DNA of 64,000 bases from Alphaproteobacteria bacterium (GCA_947457935.1 CANGXP010000005.1:2511-66510), one strand, 5' to 3'; positions 9,528-19,470 are shown, numbered from the stretch's first letter. A program made the numbers and translations. The notes: generated by a model from the letters alone, not told the origin.

Positions 9528-11684
9528 ATGCACAGTGAGGAACTTTCTTCCGTTATTTTAAAAACAACATCTGCTGCGCTTGCGGTACGATTCCCCCCAT
9601 CTAGCCCAGAACGCGCCAAAATTAGACTACCCCTTTACGGCATAACCTTAGACGACATAAAAAAAGTTTGGCAAGATCAAGGGAAATTTGTTCCGCTGGA
9701 AGAAGCCTACACTGCACACGTTGCGGCACAACTCAAAGCAATTTGTTTAGAAAAAGGGTATGTTGCATATGATGGGGGGGTTGCCCTTGCACAAGCACAA
9801 AGCGCAAAGGACAATCTCACAGGTTTCTACAGGGGAGACTTCTGGGAAACAAACATCGAACTGGCGCAAGAATACGTCAAAATAAATAAAAATAACATCG
9901 CAACCGCTTACTATAAAGCGCGTCTAGGCGGCGATGAATTTGTGTATTTGACCGTTACTAAATCAGGCGTAACAGTACAGATTGCAGACTTTGCTAACCT
10001 AAGTGGGCTTAATCCCGCTCTCAGCAGTGAATTTGAAATTCTACAAGAGCTTAATCAGAAAGCATCAATAGCTAAGTTTGCTGGTGAGGAAAATAATGCT
10101 ATCACCACAGAAGAAAATCTAAACGAGGAAGCAAGCGCTAGCAATTCAAGACGAAAAACACAAGGGGATGATAGGCGCATAATTCCCCTAGGCGCACAGA
10201 GTGTAGAAGGCTACCAGCGTGCTGACGAGTACCTCAAAGCCATGGTGCAGCTCTATGGCGCAATAACGGAAAGACCAGCACTTCCAAACGAGGATCCAGA
10301 ACAAAAAGCACAACGTGATTTGAAGGATTTCTATACGGCACAGAAGGGATTTAATAAAGTTACAGGACTAGATCGAATTCAGCGCCTCAAGCAAGATACA
10401 GAGAACGTTACCGTTGGAACAGGGCTGGCAATCGCCTTCCAAATTTTGGATAAAAACAATACATCGCTTAATCTGCCACAATGGTGGGAAGCACAAATAA
10501 AAGAGCAGAAAGTACATTGCCAAACTATTGTTAAAGAGGGTGATCCACTCCCCTTGATAAGAATCGATAATCCTGAAGCTTTTGAGGCAACACTTAAAGT
10601 TTTTAAAGTTTTTATGGATCAATATACTAACGAGCTAAACTTAAAACCTTTTGTACAGCAGGACTCTGCAGTTCAAGAACCGCAAGCAAGCACTTTAGAG
10701 TTAAACTACGTTACATCAACAGGTAATGAATCGCAACCTTCAGCCAAGTCATTCCTCGAAGCCAAATTTGGGAACGCATATGCGATTGTCGCAAACGGCT
10801 TGGCAGGCGTTTCGCATGATAACGAGCAAAAGTATAAAAATATTCTCAATGGAATTTTGAATAACTACCTTGGCGGTGCAGGGCGCGTTCTACACCTTTC
10901 GCAAGACATTCAAAGTGCTGCCGATAAAGGCAACAGTCATGTTGGATTACTCGAAATTGGTAATTTCGCAGGAATGAACGCAGAATACACACACCATGGA
11001 TGCGATGCCATCAGCAGCACACTCTATGAAATAGCTAATAGCTCCATACAAAAATCCCTCTCAACACTAAAGGAACGGGGCGATGCCCCCGATACCTCTA
11101 GGGTATTACCCTACGAAAAAGTTGGCTTACGAGAGAGGGAGGATGCGGGAAAAATGGGCTTTGTCTTTGAAGGCATAACGGCAGAACAAGCGACTGCTTT
11201 GTTGGCTAAAGCTAAAGAAGACGTAGATAGTTTTATTGTTGCCCTCCATCTTGACAAGCTGCCCTGTCCTAAGGCGCCCGTTGCTGGTGTGCGAACGTAT
11301 ACAACTGTTAAAGCCATTCCGCAAGATTGCAATACCACCGAAGCTGCCTTTGCGTTCGTTGGCACCCTGCATGAACAACTAAACGCCACAAAAACAGCAG
11401 AGAAGTCAATGGCGGGGGAAGGAAGCGACTACGCCACACAACAAGTCGCTTGGCAAGAACATCAAGAAACAGCAAGCAGAGCCGTAAAGCCTCTTACTGA
11501 AGAACACAAGAATGCTTCTTTGCCCGCTCCAAAAGATATTGTCCGTGATTTACAGTTGAATCCCCCGCACCGCTTTGCGTCTAGTGTGTCTTTTGACTAC
11601 AGAAACAGTGATGTTTATCCTGATTTACACACATATGAAAGTCTCACCATCCAACTAGCAGCCGCCGCCTTATCTGGGCGTTAA
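9528..11684 (+). CDS. Large hypothetical protein (718 aa), low GC, with GGDEF-like motifs
   Basis: No confident family match. Contains ARLGGDEFVYL and a later segment LLEIGNFAGMNAEYTHHGCDAISSTLYEI...GKMGFVFEGIT resembling degenerate GGDEF cores. It is more AT-rich than its neighbours. Confidence 0.45.
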   Translation: MHSEELSSVILKTTSAALAVRFPPSSPERAKIRLPLYGITLDDIKKVWQDQGKFVPLEEAYTAHVAAQLKAICLEKGYVAYDGGVALAQAQSAKDNLTGFYRGDFWETNIELAQEYVKINKNNIATAYYKARLGGDEFVYLTVTKSGVTVQIADFANLSGLNPALSSEFEILQELNQKASIAKFAGEENNAITTEENLNEEASASNSRRKTQGDDRRIIPLGAQSVEGYQRADEYLKAMVQLYGAITERPALPNEDPEQKAQRDLKDFYTAQKGFNKVTGLDRIQRLKQDTENVTVGTGLAIAFQILDKNNTSLNLPQWWEAQIKEQKVHCQTIVKEGDPLPLIRIDNPEAFEATLKVFKVFMDQYTNELNLKPFVQQDSAVQEPQASTLELNYVTSTGNESQPSAKSFLEAKFGNAYAIVANGLAGVSHDNEQKYKNILNGILNNYLGGAGRVLHLSQDIQSAADKGNSHVGLLEIGNFAGMNAEYTHHGCDAISSTLYEIANSSIQKSLSTLKERGDAPDTSRVLPYEKVGLREREDAGKMGFVFEGITAEQATALLAKAKEDVDSFIVALHLDKLPCPKAPVAGVRTYTTVKAIPQDCNTTEAAFAFVGTLHEQLNATKTAEKSMAGEGSDYATQQVAWQEHQETASRAVKPLTEEHKNASLPAPKDIVRDLQLNPPHRFASSVSFDYRNSDVYPDLHTYESLTIQLAAAALSGR

Positions 11685-11799
11685 CAACCCACTTGCTTTT
11701 GCATATCGCAAAACCGCAGCATATCCCGATATAGCACTTGCCAACCCCTCCCAACTCTATTATTAACAGCCATTATCAGAACATTCTGCGAGAAAAAAT

Positions 11800-12969
11800 A
11801 TGAACATTCACGAGTATCAAGCCAAAGAAATCCTCAAAAAATACGGTGTAAATGTCCCCCGTGGCGGCGTTGCATACACCGAACAAGAGGCGGTAAAAGT
11901 GGCGAATGACCTTGGCGGGCCCGTCTATGTTGTCAAAGCGCAAATTCATGCGGGCGGGCGTGGTAAGGGCGGCGGCGTAAAAGTTGTTAAATCCGTGGAT
12001 GAAGTTAAAGCACAATTCAAAGCCATGATGGGGATGCAACTTATCACCCACCAAACAGGGCCAGAAGGCAAGCAAGTAAAACGCCTGTATGTTGAAGACG
12101 GGTGCGACATTAAGCGCGAACTCTACCTCTCCATGCTCACCGACCGCGATACCTCGCGCATCACCATTCTCTGCTCTACCGAAGGCGGGATGGACATTGA
12201 GGAAGTGGCAGCGCACACCCCAGAAAAAATCATCAGCTTTTCTGTTGATCCTGCGGCGGGCTTACAAGCCTACCACGGTCGCAAAGTCGCCTATGCCTTG
12301 GGCTTAGAGGGCGACCAAGTTAAATCCTGCATCAAATTCGTTAACGCGCTCTACAAAGCGTTCATCGACATGGATGCCAGCATCGTTGAGATTAACCCCC
12401 TCGTTGTCACCGGCAAAGGTGATGTCATTGCCCTTGATGCCAAAATGAACTTTGACGATAACGCCCTCTTCCGTCACCCTGACGTGGAAGCGTTGCGCGA
12501 CGAAGACGAAGAAGACCCGATGGAATTAGAAGCCATTAAGCACAGCCTCAATTACATCAAACTCGATGGAAAAATTGGCTGTATGGTTAATGGGGCGGGG
12601 CTTGCCATGGCAACCATGGACATTATCAAGCTCTATGGTTCAGAGCCTGCAAACTTCCTCGATGTGGGCGGCGGCGCAACCAAAGAGCGCGTAACGACAG
12701 CGTTTAAGTTGATTCTCTCTGACCCGAACGTCGAAGGCATCTTGGTGAACATCTTCGGCGGTATTATGCGCTGCGATATTATTGCCGATGGCATCATTGC
12801 AGCCGCAAAAGAAGTCAGTCTCCATGTGCCCCTCGTTGTGCGCTTGGAAGGCACCAACGTAGATTTAGGCAAGAAAATTCTGGCGGAAAGCGGCTTGCCG
12901 ATTGTCTCTGCTGATAACCTTGCCGATGCAGCGGAAAAAATCGTGAAAGCGGTGAAAGCGGCGGCGTAG
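11800..12969 (+). CDS. sucC: Succinyl-CoA ligase (ADP-forming) beta subunit
   Basis: Starts [17 protein letters not shown], the canonical SucC N-terminus. ATP-grasp and CoA-ligase motifs follow. Confidence 0.95.
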   Translation: MNIHEYQAKEILKKYGVNVPRGGVAYTEQEAVKVANDLGGPVYVVKAQIHAGGRGKGGGVKVVKSVDEVKAQFKAMMGMQLITHQTGPEGKQVKRLYVEDGCDIKRELYLSMLTDRDTSRITILCSTEGGMDIEEVAAHTPEKIISFSVDPAAGLQAYHGRKVAYALGLEGDQVKSCIKFVNALYKAFIDMDASIVEINPLVVTGKGDVIALDAKMNFDDNALFRHPDVEALRDEDEEDPMELEAIKHSLNYIKLDGKIGCMVNGAGLAMATMDIIKLYGSEPANFLDVGGGATKERVTTAFKLILSDPNVEGILVNIFGGIMRCDIIADGIIAAAKEVSLHVPLVVRLEGTNVDLGKKILAESGLPIVSADNLADAAEKIVKAVKAAA

Positions 12970-12977
12970 GGGGTTTT

Positions 12978-13217
12978 ATGCCAGATATTATTCTTCATGA
13001 TGTTCCTGATCATGTATTTGCGCTTCATCTGCAGCAAGCAGAACAAGAAGGCGTTGATATTGAGCAGCATATTCAAAGGATATTAGCTCAAAAACTTCCC
13101 TCAAAACGACTTGAAACGATTACCCAAATAGAAGCGTTGCGGCGTGAAATAAAAACTGAATACGGTGTTCTTGACGATAGCACGCCTCTTATTCGTGAAT
13201 TTAGAGATACACTCTAA
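12978..13217 (+). CDS. Ribbon-helix-helix antitoxin (VapB/FitA-like)
   Basis: 79-aa protein with Arc/MetJ-type N-terminus (IILHDVPDHVFALHLQQAEQEGVDIEQHIQRIL). TAATG overlap with the downstream PIN gene. Confidence 0.6.
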   Translation: MPDIILHDVPDHVFALHLQQAEQEGVDIEQHIQRILAQKLPSKRLETITQIEALRREIKTEYGVLDDSTPLIREFRDTL

Positions 13218-13636
13218 TGGTTGTTGTTGACGCAAGCGTTGCCGTAAAATGGTTTTTAGAAGAACAGGATAGCGACCGTGTTGCCCACCTGCTTTATGAA
13301 CAACAGTCTTTATGCGCCCCACAAATCATTTTCTTGGAAGTTTTTTCGGCTTTTTGTAAAAGAGCACGCGTTGGCTCTCTTAAAAAAGCAACTGCCAAAA
13401 AATTATGCGATCGTTGGTTTCTGGGTGGGCAAGATATTTTTTCGGAAATTTTCCCACCAGCTTTATTTATACAACAAGCCTATACAATAGCCTTAGAATA
13501 CAACCATGCCTTACCAGACTGTTTTTATTTAGCAGTTGCCTTGCAAGAACATCTCCCTTTATTAACGTTTGATGTCCGCCTCGCCAATCTTGCAAAGACT
13601 CTTAATATTCCAACCCCACTACAACACATTAATTAG
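13217..13636 (+). CDS. vapC: PIN-domain toxin VapC
   Basis: N-terminal VVDASVAVKWFLEE with conserved acidic residues of the PIN fold. Translationally coupled to the upstream RHH gene. Confidence 0.7.
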   Translation: MVVVDASVAVKWFLEEQDSDRVAHLLYEQQSLCAPQIIFLEVFSAFCKRARVGSLKKATAKKLCDRWFLGGQDIFSEIFPPALFIQQAYTIALEYNHALPDCFYLAVALQEHLPLLTFDVRLANLAKTLNIPTPLQHIN

Positions 13637-13651
13637 TAAGAAGGTTTCGTT

Positions 13652-14542
13652 ATGTCCGTCCTCGTCAATAAAAACACAAAAGTCATCTGCCAAGGCTTCA
13701 CAGGTGCCCAAGGCACGTTCCACAGTGAGCAAGCCATTGCCTACGGCACCAAAATGGTGGGGGGCGTCACCCCAGGGAAAGGTGGCTCGCTCCACCTCAA
13801 TTTGCCCGTGTTTGACACCGTTGAGCAAGCCAAAGCTAAAACAGGCTGCAACGCCTCTGTCATCTATGTACCGCCTCCCTTCGCCGCAGATGCAATCTTA
13901 GAAGCCATTGATGCAGAAATCGAACTCATCGTGTGCATCACAGAAGGCATTCCTGTGCTCGACATGGTCAAAGTTAAGCGTGCGTTGAGTGGCACCAACA
14001 GCCGCCTCATTGGGCCTAACTGCCCAGGGATTATTACACCGGGTGAGTGCAAAATCGGCATTATGCCGGGACACATCCACAAGCGTGGCAAAATCGGCAT
14101 TGTGTCTCGTTCTGGTACACTCACCTACGAAGCAGTGGCACAAACCACCGCAACAGGCTTAGGACAAACCACCTGCATCGGCATCGGTGGTGACCCTGTG
14201 AACGGTACCAACTTCATTGATGCGATTGACCTCTTCCTCCGTGACCCCGAAACCGAGGGTATCATCATGATTGGCGAAATAGGCGGCGCAGCAGAAGAAG
14301 ACGCGGCGCAATTCATCAAAGACAGCAAAATCAAAAAGCCCACCGTTGGCTTTATCGCAGGTGTTACCGCCCCTGCTGGCAAACGCATGGGACACGCAGG
14401 CGCAATCATCTCTGGCGGCAAAGGCGATGCAGCAAGCAAAATGAACGCGATGCGCGAAGCGGGTATTTTTGTCTCCGCCTCCCCTGCTGAATTGGGTAAA
14501 ACCATGCTGGCGGTGATGGAAGGCAAGCTGAAGGCGGCGTAG
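13652..14542 (+). CDS. sucD: Succinyl-CoA ligase alpha subunit
   Basis: Starts [27 protein letters not shown] and carries the CoA-binding and His-phosphorylation loop motifs. Confidence 0.95.
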   Translation: MSVLVNKNTKVICQGFTGAQGTFHSEQAIAYGTKMVGGVTPGKGGSLHLNLPVFDTVEQAKAKTGCNASVIYVPPPFAADAILEAIDAEIELIVCITEGIPVLDMVKVKRALSGTNSRLIGPNCPGIITPGECKIGIMPGHIHKRGKIGIVSRSGTLTYEAVAQTTATGLGQTTCIGIGGDPVNGTNFIDAIDLFLRDPETEGIIMIGEIGGAAEEDAAQFIKDSKIKKPTVGFIAGVTAPAGKRMGHAGAIISGGKGDAASKMNAMREAGIFVSASPAELGKTMLAVMEGKLKAA

Positions 14543-14565
14543 TTCAGACGCTCAGAACGAATAAG

Positions 14566-14591
14566 AACCCCGCCTTGTGCGGGGTTTTTTA
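14566..14591 (+). terminator. Rho-independent terminator after sucD
   Basis: CCCCGC-cttgt-GCGGGG stem followed by TTTTTT. Confidence 0.6.
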
Positions 14592-14797
14592 TGGTTGAAT
14601 ATTTTCGGGATTATTTCTATTTTTTATTGCGTTTTAAAATTACGATGCGCAAGTTAAATATCACTCACAAGAGCAACTTACTATACAAACTGTATATTTA
14701 TTTTTTACAACTAAGGTGCGTACACATTTCCACGCCCCGATCAGAAAGGACTGCTAGATGACAGAGCAGCATCAATCCGCCCAAGAAAAAGCGTTAC

Positions 14798-15121
14798 TTA
14801 ATCAAACAAATCGAAGATAGAGCGAACGCGGCTTTTCTTGCCATACTTGTGTTTGTAGTAATCATCGTAATCGTCATCATCCCGATAGTGGCGCGGGTGT
14901 GTTGGTTGCTGATAGTGTTGTTGGGGGCGGGTTTGCTGATACGCAACATACTCTTGTCTGTCCGCAACAACGGCAGATTGCACCGCGTTCAACAGTTTTT
15001 CTAATTCGCCTTTATCTAACCACACACCGCCTGAAACAGGGCAACGGTCAATCTCAATCCCATCGCGGATAATTTGCTGCATGGGGGTTTGCCCATCAAT
15101 CGGGCTTACAAGTAACGGCAT
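14798..15121 (-). CDS. Zinc-ribbon (TFIIB-type) domain protein, degenerate, with D/Y-rich tail
   Basis: IEIDRCPVSGGVWLDKGELEKLL matches the second half of the zf-TFIIB ribbon. The first CxxC pair is absent. The C-terminus is low-complexity (DDDDYDDYYKHKYGKK). Confidence 0.45.
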   Translation of the reverse strand: MPLLVSPIDGQTPMQQIIRDGIEIDRCPVSGGVWLDKGELEKLLNAVQSAVVADRQEYVAYQQTRPQQHYQQPTHPRHYRDDDDYDDYYKHKYGKKSRVRSIFDLFD

Positions 15122-15180
15122 TCTTTTCTCCCAAATTATAAAACTCTTTATTACATGGGAGCGCTGCGGAAAAATACAAG

Positions 15181-15468
15181 TTAATGCAATACAACTTTTT
15201 TAGGAGGCGCTTGTTCTTCCCGTGTTTCCAGCATCACACGATGCTCTTGCAGCAGCTCAAACGCTTCTTTATCAAAGCACAGCATGGCATGGGTTGTATC
15301 GCGCTGTTGGTAAAAACGAATGCCCAATTCAGAGAGAGCTTGGCAAATATACGTCACATCTTCCTGCGGCAAGCTGTGCATATCCATTTTCAGCGTATGG
15401 ACACTTAATGGCAAGGGTTTGTATTTTGCGATAAAGTCAATGTTGTGAGTGAGGGTTGAGGGTTGCAT
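15181..15468 (-). CDS. hypothetical small protein
   Basis: 95-aa ORF divergent from glyQS with no recognisable motif. Confidence 0.3.
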   Translation of the reverse strand: MQPSTLTHNIDFIAKYKPLPLSVHTLKMDMHSLPQEDVTYICQALSELGIRFYQQRDTTHAMLCFDKEAFELLQEHRVMLETREEQAPPKKVVLH

Positions 15469-15621
15469 TTGTTACGATCCTGTTAACTATTTTTTCATTA
15501 TGAGTAATTTTATTACAAAAAGCAAGATTATTTTGTTTGTAAGTTATACGTCGTGAGGGTTAAAAAAGTATTAGCGATGCAGCATAAAAAATCGATATGA
15601 TTATAAAAAAAGATCTCTCTG

Positions 15622-16124
15622 TTGACCTGAAACGCTTGTTTTGCAACGCTTTCAGCCGATTTTTTATCGAAAAATAAAATTGCAAGTCACTGATATATAA
15701 TAATATTTTTTGTAAGTAGTAGTGTACGAAAAAATAATAATTTTGCAGGATGACCTGAAAGGTGCTTTTTTCCTTGTTCTTAGCCGATTTTCTGCAAAAA
15801 TTATTATCGCTAAGCCATTGACAAATAATATTATTCTCTGCGATGTGTTTTGTAAGAAAAATACCTTGTTATGCAAAATGGCTTGAAAGCCGCCTTTTTC
15901 CTTGCTTTCAGCCGATAATGTGTAAAAAGCCACATACGCAACACATTGATAAACAACATTATTTTTTAATTGCACTCGCTATAAAAAATATTTCCGTCAT
16001 CAAGTTGCCTTAAGAAGGGCTTTTTTCTTGCCTTTCAGCCGATTTTCCCACCTCAATTTTTGCGTTTTTCATCAACACAAGTACTGTTGCGGAAGTGCCT
16101 ACAGTTTGCTACCGTGTGCGGATT
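15622..16124 (+). repeat. Tandem array of four degenerate ~127-bp direct repeats upstream of glyQS
   Basis: Units start at 15622, 15751, 15879 and 16005. Each begins TTGACCTGAAAG/TGGCTTGAAAGC/TTGCCTTAAGAAGG followed by a T-rich stretch and CTTTCAGCCGAT. Units 1-3 also share an internal ATTGA(C/T)AAA(T/C)AA(T/C)ATTATT segment. Confidence 0.6.
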
Positions 16125-19100
16125 ATGACACAGCCCCTCTCGTTCCAAAACATCATTCTCACCCTCCAGAAATTCTGGGGAAACCAAGGCTGTGCCTTGC
16201 TTCAGCCATATGATGTGGAGATGGGCGCGGGCACCTTTCACCCCGCAACAACCCTAAGATCTTTGGGCGAACAGCCGTGGCGCGCTGCCTATCCCCAACC
16301 CTGCCGCCGCCCTACCGATGGCCGCTATGGCGAGAACCCTAACCGCCTTCAGCACTACTATCAGTTCCAAGTTATCATAAAACCCTCGCCTGCCAACATC
16401 CAAGAATTGTATCTAGAAAGCCTGAAAGCCTTAGGAATAGACATTTCTAAGCACGATATTCGGTTTGTGGAAGACGATTGGGAAAGTCCTACTTTGGGGG
16501 CAGCGGGTCTTGGTTGGGAGGTGTGGTGCGATGGCATGGAAGTCACGCAATTCACCTATTTCCAGCAGGTTGGCGGCTTTGATTGCGCGCCCGTTTCTGC
16601 CGAGATTACCTACGGATTAGAACGCCTTGCCATGTATATTCAAGGCGTGGAGAATGTGTATGATTTGATTTACGTTGAAGGGGATAGGCACGAGGCACGA
16701 GGCACGAGGGAAGAAATGATTTCCTCTTCTCGCGCCTCGTGCCTCGAGCCTCTTACCTATGGAAACGTCTTCCTCCGCAACGAACAAGAATTTTCCGCCT
16801 ATAATTTTGAGCACGCAACCACCGAAAAGTTATTCCAACACTTTGCTGATGCCGAGCTAGAATGCCAGCACTTGCTCGCACAAAACCTTGCCCTGCCTGC
16901 CTACGACCAGTGCATCAAAGCCAGTCATACCTTTAATTTGCTGGATGCACGGCGGGTGATTAGTGTTTCCGAACGCGCCAGCTACATCGGGCGGGTACGC
17001 GCTCTTGCCAAGGGATGTTGCGAGGCATGGCTTGCGAAAGCGGCAGCAAGCAACAATCTTCAAGGTGCAGCACAAGAAAAAACTTTCTCCAATCCCCAAA
17101 CTCCAAACCTGAAAACCGAAAACAGCTTTTTATTGGAACTCCTTACCGAAGAAATCCCCGCACGGATGCAGCAAGCGGCACGGGCAGATTTATTACGGCT
17201 ATTCACGCAAAAGCTGGAAAAGCGCGGTATTACAGGGTTTAACGCAACAAGTTGTGTCACGCCACGCCGCCTTGCGTTGTTGGTGGAGGGCTTACCTGCC
17301 GCACAACCCGCCACCACGGAGGAACGGAAGGGCCCCAAAGTGGGCGCACCACAACAGGCGTTGGATGGCTTCTTGCGGAGTGCGGGTATTGAGGCAAGTA
17401 CGCTAAAACCTGTTCACAATCTCGCTAGACTGCAAGCGAAAATTGATGTTCCCGAGAACCAGCGCGCAGTGTATCCTTCATACATGAGCACTGGAAGCGC
17501 AGAGAACATCAATTTGCAGCAAGGTATAGTAGAGAGTGGGGATAGGTTTTTAGAACAGCGTGATGACGGCAAAGGCAACCTCTATTATTACGCGACGTTA
17601 CGCACGCCAGAAACCCCGCTTTCTGGGGTTCTTCCCGTTGTTATCAGTGAAATTTTGCTAGAATTTGCATGGGCAAAATCCATGCGTTGGGGCAATGGCG
17701 CGTTCCGTTGGGTGCGTCCGTTGCAAAATATTTTGGCGGTGCTGAATGGCGTACCGCTCGCGGGCGGCTTTGACCTTGGCAATCATCTTGAGAACTACCC
17801 TGCTGGCTATGTGACCGAATGGCATAGCGGGCAAACTGTGTTGGTGTTTAATAACACAACGGTGGGGCATCGCGTTCATGCGCCTGAAGCATTGCAAATC
17901 AACACGCCGCAAGAATATTTGAGCGCACTGCGTAATGCCTCTGTTGAGCCATGCGTTGAGGCACGCAAAAAGAAAATTATTGAGCACGCAACATTGCTTG
18001 CACCCAAGGGTTTAACCATTGATTTTAATGAGAAATTATTGGAAGAAGTGGCGGGCTTAAATGAGCATCCCGTGCCGTTATTGGGGCAAATTGACGCGAA
18101 ATTTATGACCGTGCCGCCTGAAATTCTCACCACAAGCATGGCGAGTCACCAGCGGTATTTCGCGTGTTATGATGCCGCTGGCACACTCCAGCCCTATTTT
18201 ATCGCGGTTGCCAACCAAAACAGTGATGATGCGGGTCTCGCCATTATTCAAGGCAATGAAAAAGTGCTCCGCGCCCGCCTGTTTGACGCGGCGTTTTTCT
18301 GGGAAAACGATAAAAAGCAAGCTGTTGAACGGGGTATGGAGAGCTTCCTTGAGCCGCTGAAGAACGTGGTGTTTCATCAGGGTTTGGGGACGGTGTATGA
18401 CAAGGCGATGCGGATTGCTGCCCTTGCTATGTCCTTCGCTGACGTTGTAGGGGGCGATGCATCTCACATACACAAGGCAGCCCTCCTTGCCAAAGCAGAC
18501 CTTTCCAGCGGGGTTGTGGGGGAGTTCCCCGAATTACAGGGGATTATGGGGAGTTATCTAGCAACGGCAGCGGGGCTAGATAAAAATATCGCTCTTGCTA
18601 TTCGTAAGCATTATCAGCCGATTGGTGATAGCCCTGTGCCTGCCAACCCTGTGAGTGTGGCGATTGCCTTAGCCGATAAAATGGACACGCTGGTGGCGTT
18701 TTTTGCGATTGGCGAAAAGCCTACGGGTTCAAAAGACCCGTTCGCGTTGCGCCGTGCCGCGATTGGCATTATTCGGTTGATTGTGGAAAATAAACTTCCT
18801 TTAAGCATTAAAAATTTAGTTCTGTGGGGATGCATTGAGTTTCAGCATCAGCATATAAAACCAATAGATGGCAGCGTTGTAGACGATTTAACAAACTTCC
18901 TTAAAGATCGCTTCGTGGTCTACCTCCGCGATACCCACACTCTCCGCCCCGACATCATTCACGCTGTTTTGGCTGCACAACCACAGTTTGGTGACCTTGT
19001 TGCCCATAAACAGGCGATTGAGCAAACACAAGCGTTTCTTGCTTTGAACCCGAATGCGCCTGCCTTAGTGGCGGGGTATAAACGGGCGGTGAATATCCTA

Positions 19101-19406
19101 AACATTGAAGAGAAGAAAGATAAACGCCGCTATGACGGCATTGTTGACGCGGCATTGCTGCAAGACGCTGCGGAAAAGGCATTGGATGCAGCGTTAAACG
19201 CTGTGACCACAGCGCTTGCAACAACAGCGGACTACACCGCAATGCTGGAGCAACTCGCAACCCTGCGCCCCGCCATTGACGCGTTTTTCACCGAGGTGTT
19301 GGTGAATAGCGAGGATGTGAGCGTGCGGGAAAATCGCTTGTTTATGTTGCACTCGTTCCGCGCACTCGTGCAGCGCGTGGCGGATTTTGGCGGGGTGGAG
19401 GGGTAA
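16125..19406 (+). CDS. glyQS: Fused glycyl-tRNA synthetase alpha+beta subunits
   Basis: The N-terminal ~300 aa align to GlyQ ([36 protein letters not shown]). After a short linker the sequence continues as GlyS ([16 protein letters not shown] ... [16 protein letters not shown]). It is a single uninterrupted ORF. Confidence 0.9.
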   Translation: MTQPLSFQNIILTLQKFWGNQGCALLQPYDVEMGAGTFHPATTLRSLGEQPWRAAYPQPCRRPTDGRYGENPNRLQHYYQFQVIIKPSPANIQELYLESLKALGIDISKHDIRFVEDDWESPTLGAAGLGWEVWCDGMEVTQFTYFQQVGGFDCAPVSAEITYGLERLAMYIQGVENVYDLIYVEGDRHEARGTREEMISSSRASCLEPLTYGNVFLRNEQEFSAYNFEHATTEKLFQHFADAELECQHLLAQNLALPAYDQCIKASHTFNLLDARRVISVSERASYIGRVRALAKGCCEAWLAKAAASNNLQGAAQEKTFSNPQTPNLKTENSFLLELLTEEIPARMQQAARADLLRLFTQKLEKRGITGFNATSCVTPRRLALLVEGLPAAQPATTEERKGPKVGAPQQALDGFLRSAGIEASTLKPVHNLARLQAKIDVPENQRAVYPSYMSTGSAENINLQQGIVESGDRFLEQRDDGKGNLYYYATLRTPETPLSGVLPVVISEILLEFAWAKSMRWGNGAFRWVRPLQNILAVLNGVPLAGGFDLGNHLENYPAGYVTEWHSGQTVLVFNNTTVGHRVHAPEALQINTPQEYLSALRNASVEPCVEARKKKIIEHATLLAPKGLTIDFNEKLLEEVAGLNEHPVPLLGQIDAKFMTVPPEILTTSMASHQRYFACYDAAGTLQPYFIAVANQNSDDAGLAIIQGNEKVLRARLFDAAFFWENDKKQAVERGMESFLEPLKNVVFHQGLGTVYDKAMRIAALAMSFADVVGGDASHIHKAALLAKADLSSGVVGEFPELQGIMGSYLATAAGLDKNIALAIRKHYQPIGDSPVPANPVSVAIALADKMDTLVAFFAIGEKPTGSKDPFALRRAAIGIIRLIVENKLPLSIKNLVLWGCIEFQHQHIKPIDGSVVDDLTNFLKDRFVVYLRDTHTLRPDIIHAVLAAQPQFGDLVAHKQAIEQTQAFLALNPNAPALVAGYKRAVNILNIEEKKDKRRYDGIVDAALLQDAAEKALDAALNAVTTALATTADYTAMLEQLATLRPAIDAFFTEVLVNSEDVSVRENRLFMLHSFRALVQRVADFGGVEG
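16688..16751. repeat. Imperfect ~64-bp palindrome embedded in-frame in the glyQ portion
   Basis: GGCACGAGGCACGAGGCACGAGGGAAGAAA-tgatttc-CTCTTCTCGCGCCTCGTGCCTCGAGCC. It encodes about 18 extra residues ([18 protein letters not shown]) relative to E. coli GlyQ between VYDL and YG(D/N)VF. Confidence 0.6.
17400..17550 (+). mobile_element. Decayed in-frame copy of the 129-bp palindromic element inside the glyS portion
   Basis: CAGCGCGCAGTGTATCCTTCATACATGAGCA...AATTTGCAGCAAGGTATAGTAGAGAGTGGGGAT aligns to the element core (CAGCGGCGCGAAGTGTACCTCTTCGTACATGAGAGA...AGTTTGCAGGCATGGGTAATTTTAAAGTGGAATG). GlyS is about 43 aa longer than E. coli GlyS at exactly this position. Confidence 0.45.
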
Positions 19407-19411
19407 GCCCC

Positions 19412-19439
19412 TTGCAATATGCCGCATTGCTTGTATAGT
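19412..19439 (+). promoter_or_regulatory. Candidate sigma70 promoter for the SH3-domain gene
   Basis: TTGCAA, then a 16-nt spacer, then TATAGT, located about 30 nt upstream of the ATG at 19471. Confidence 0.3.
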
Positions 19440-19470
19440 ACGCGCATAATTCCCGTTTGGAGCACACTTT

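Noticed and set aside
9528-11684. Calling the 718-aa protein a diguanylate cyclase
   Set aside because: The GGDEF-like fragments are in non-canonical spacing and order. Without profile alignment this stays a motif-level observation, not a family assignment.
15622-16124. Possibility that the tandem array is a CRISPR array or a T-box leader for glyQS
   Set aside because: The units are about 127 bp and homologous along their whole length, with no short invariant repeats separating unique spacers, so it is not CRISPR. No specifier-loop or T-box consensus (AGGGUGGNACCGCG-type) is present. T-box control of glyQS is a Firmicute feature.
16688-16710. Triple CACGAGG tandem repeat as a possible CRISPR or microsatellite locus
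   Set aside because: Only three 7-bp units, which form one arm of a palindrome inside a CDS. Better explained as part of the in-frame palindromic insertion.
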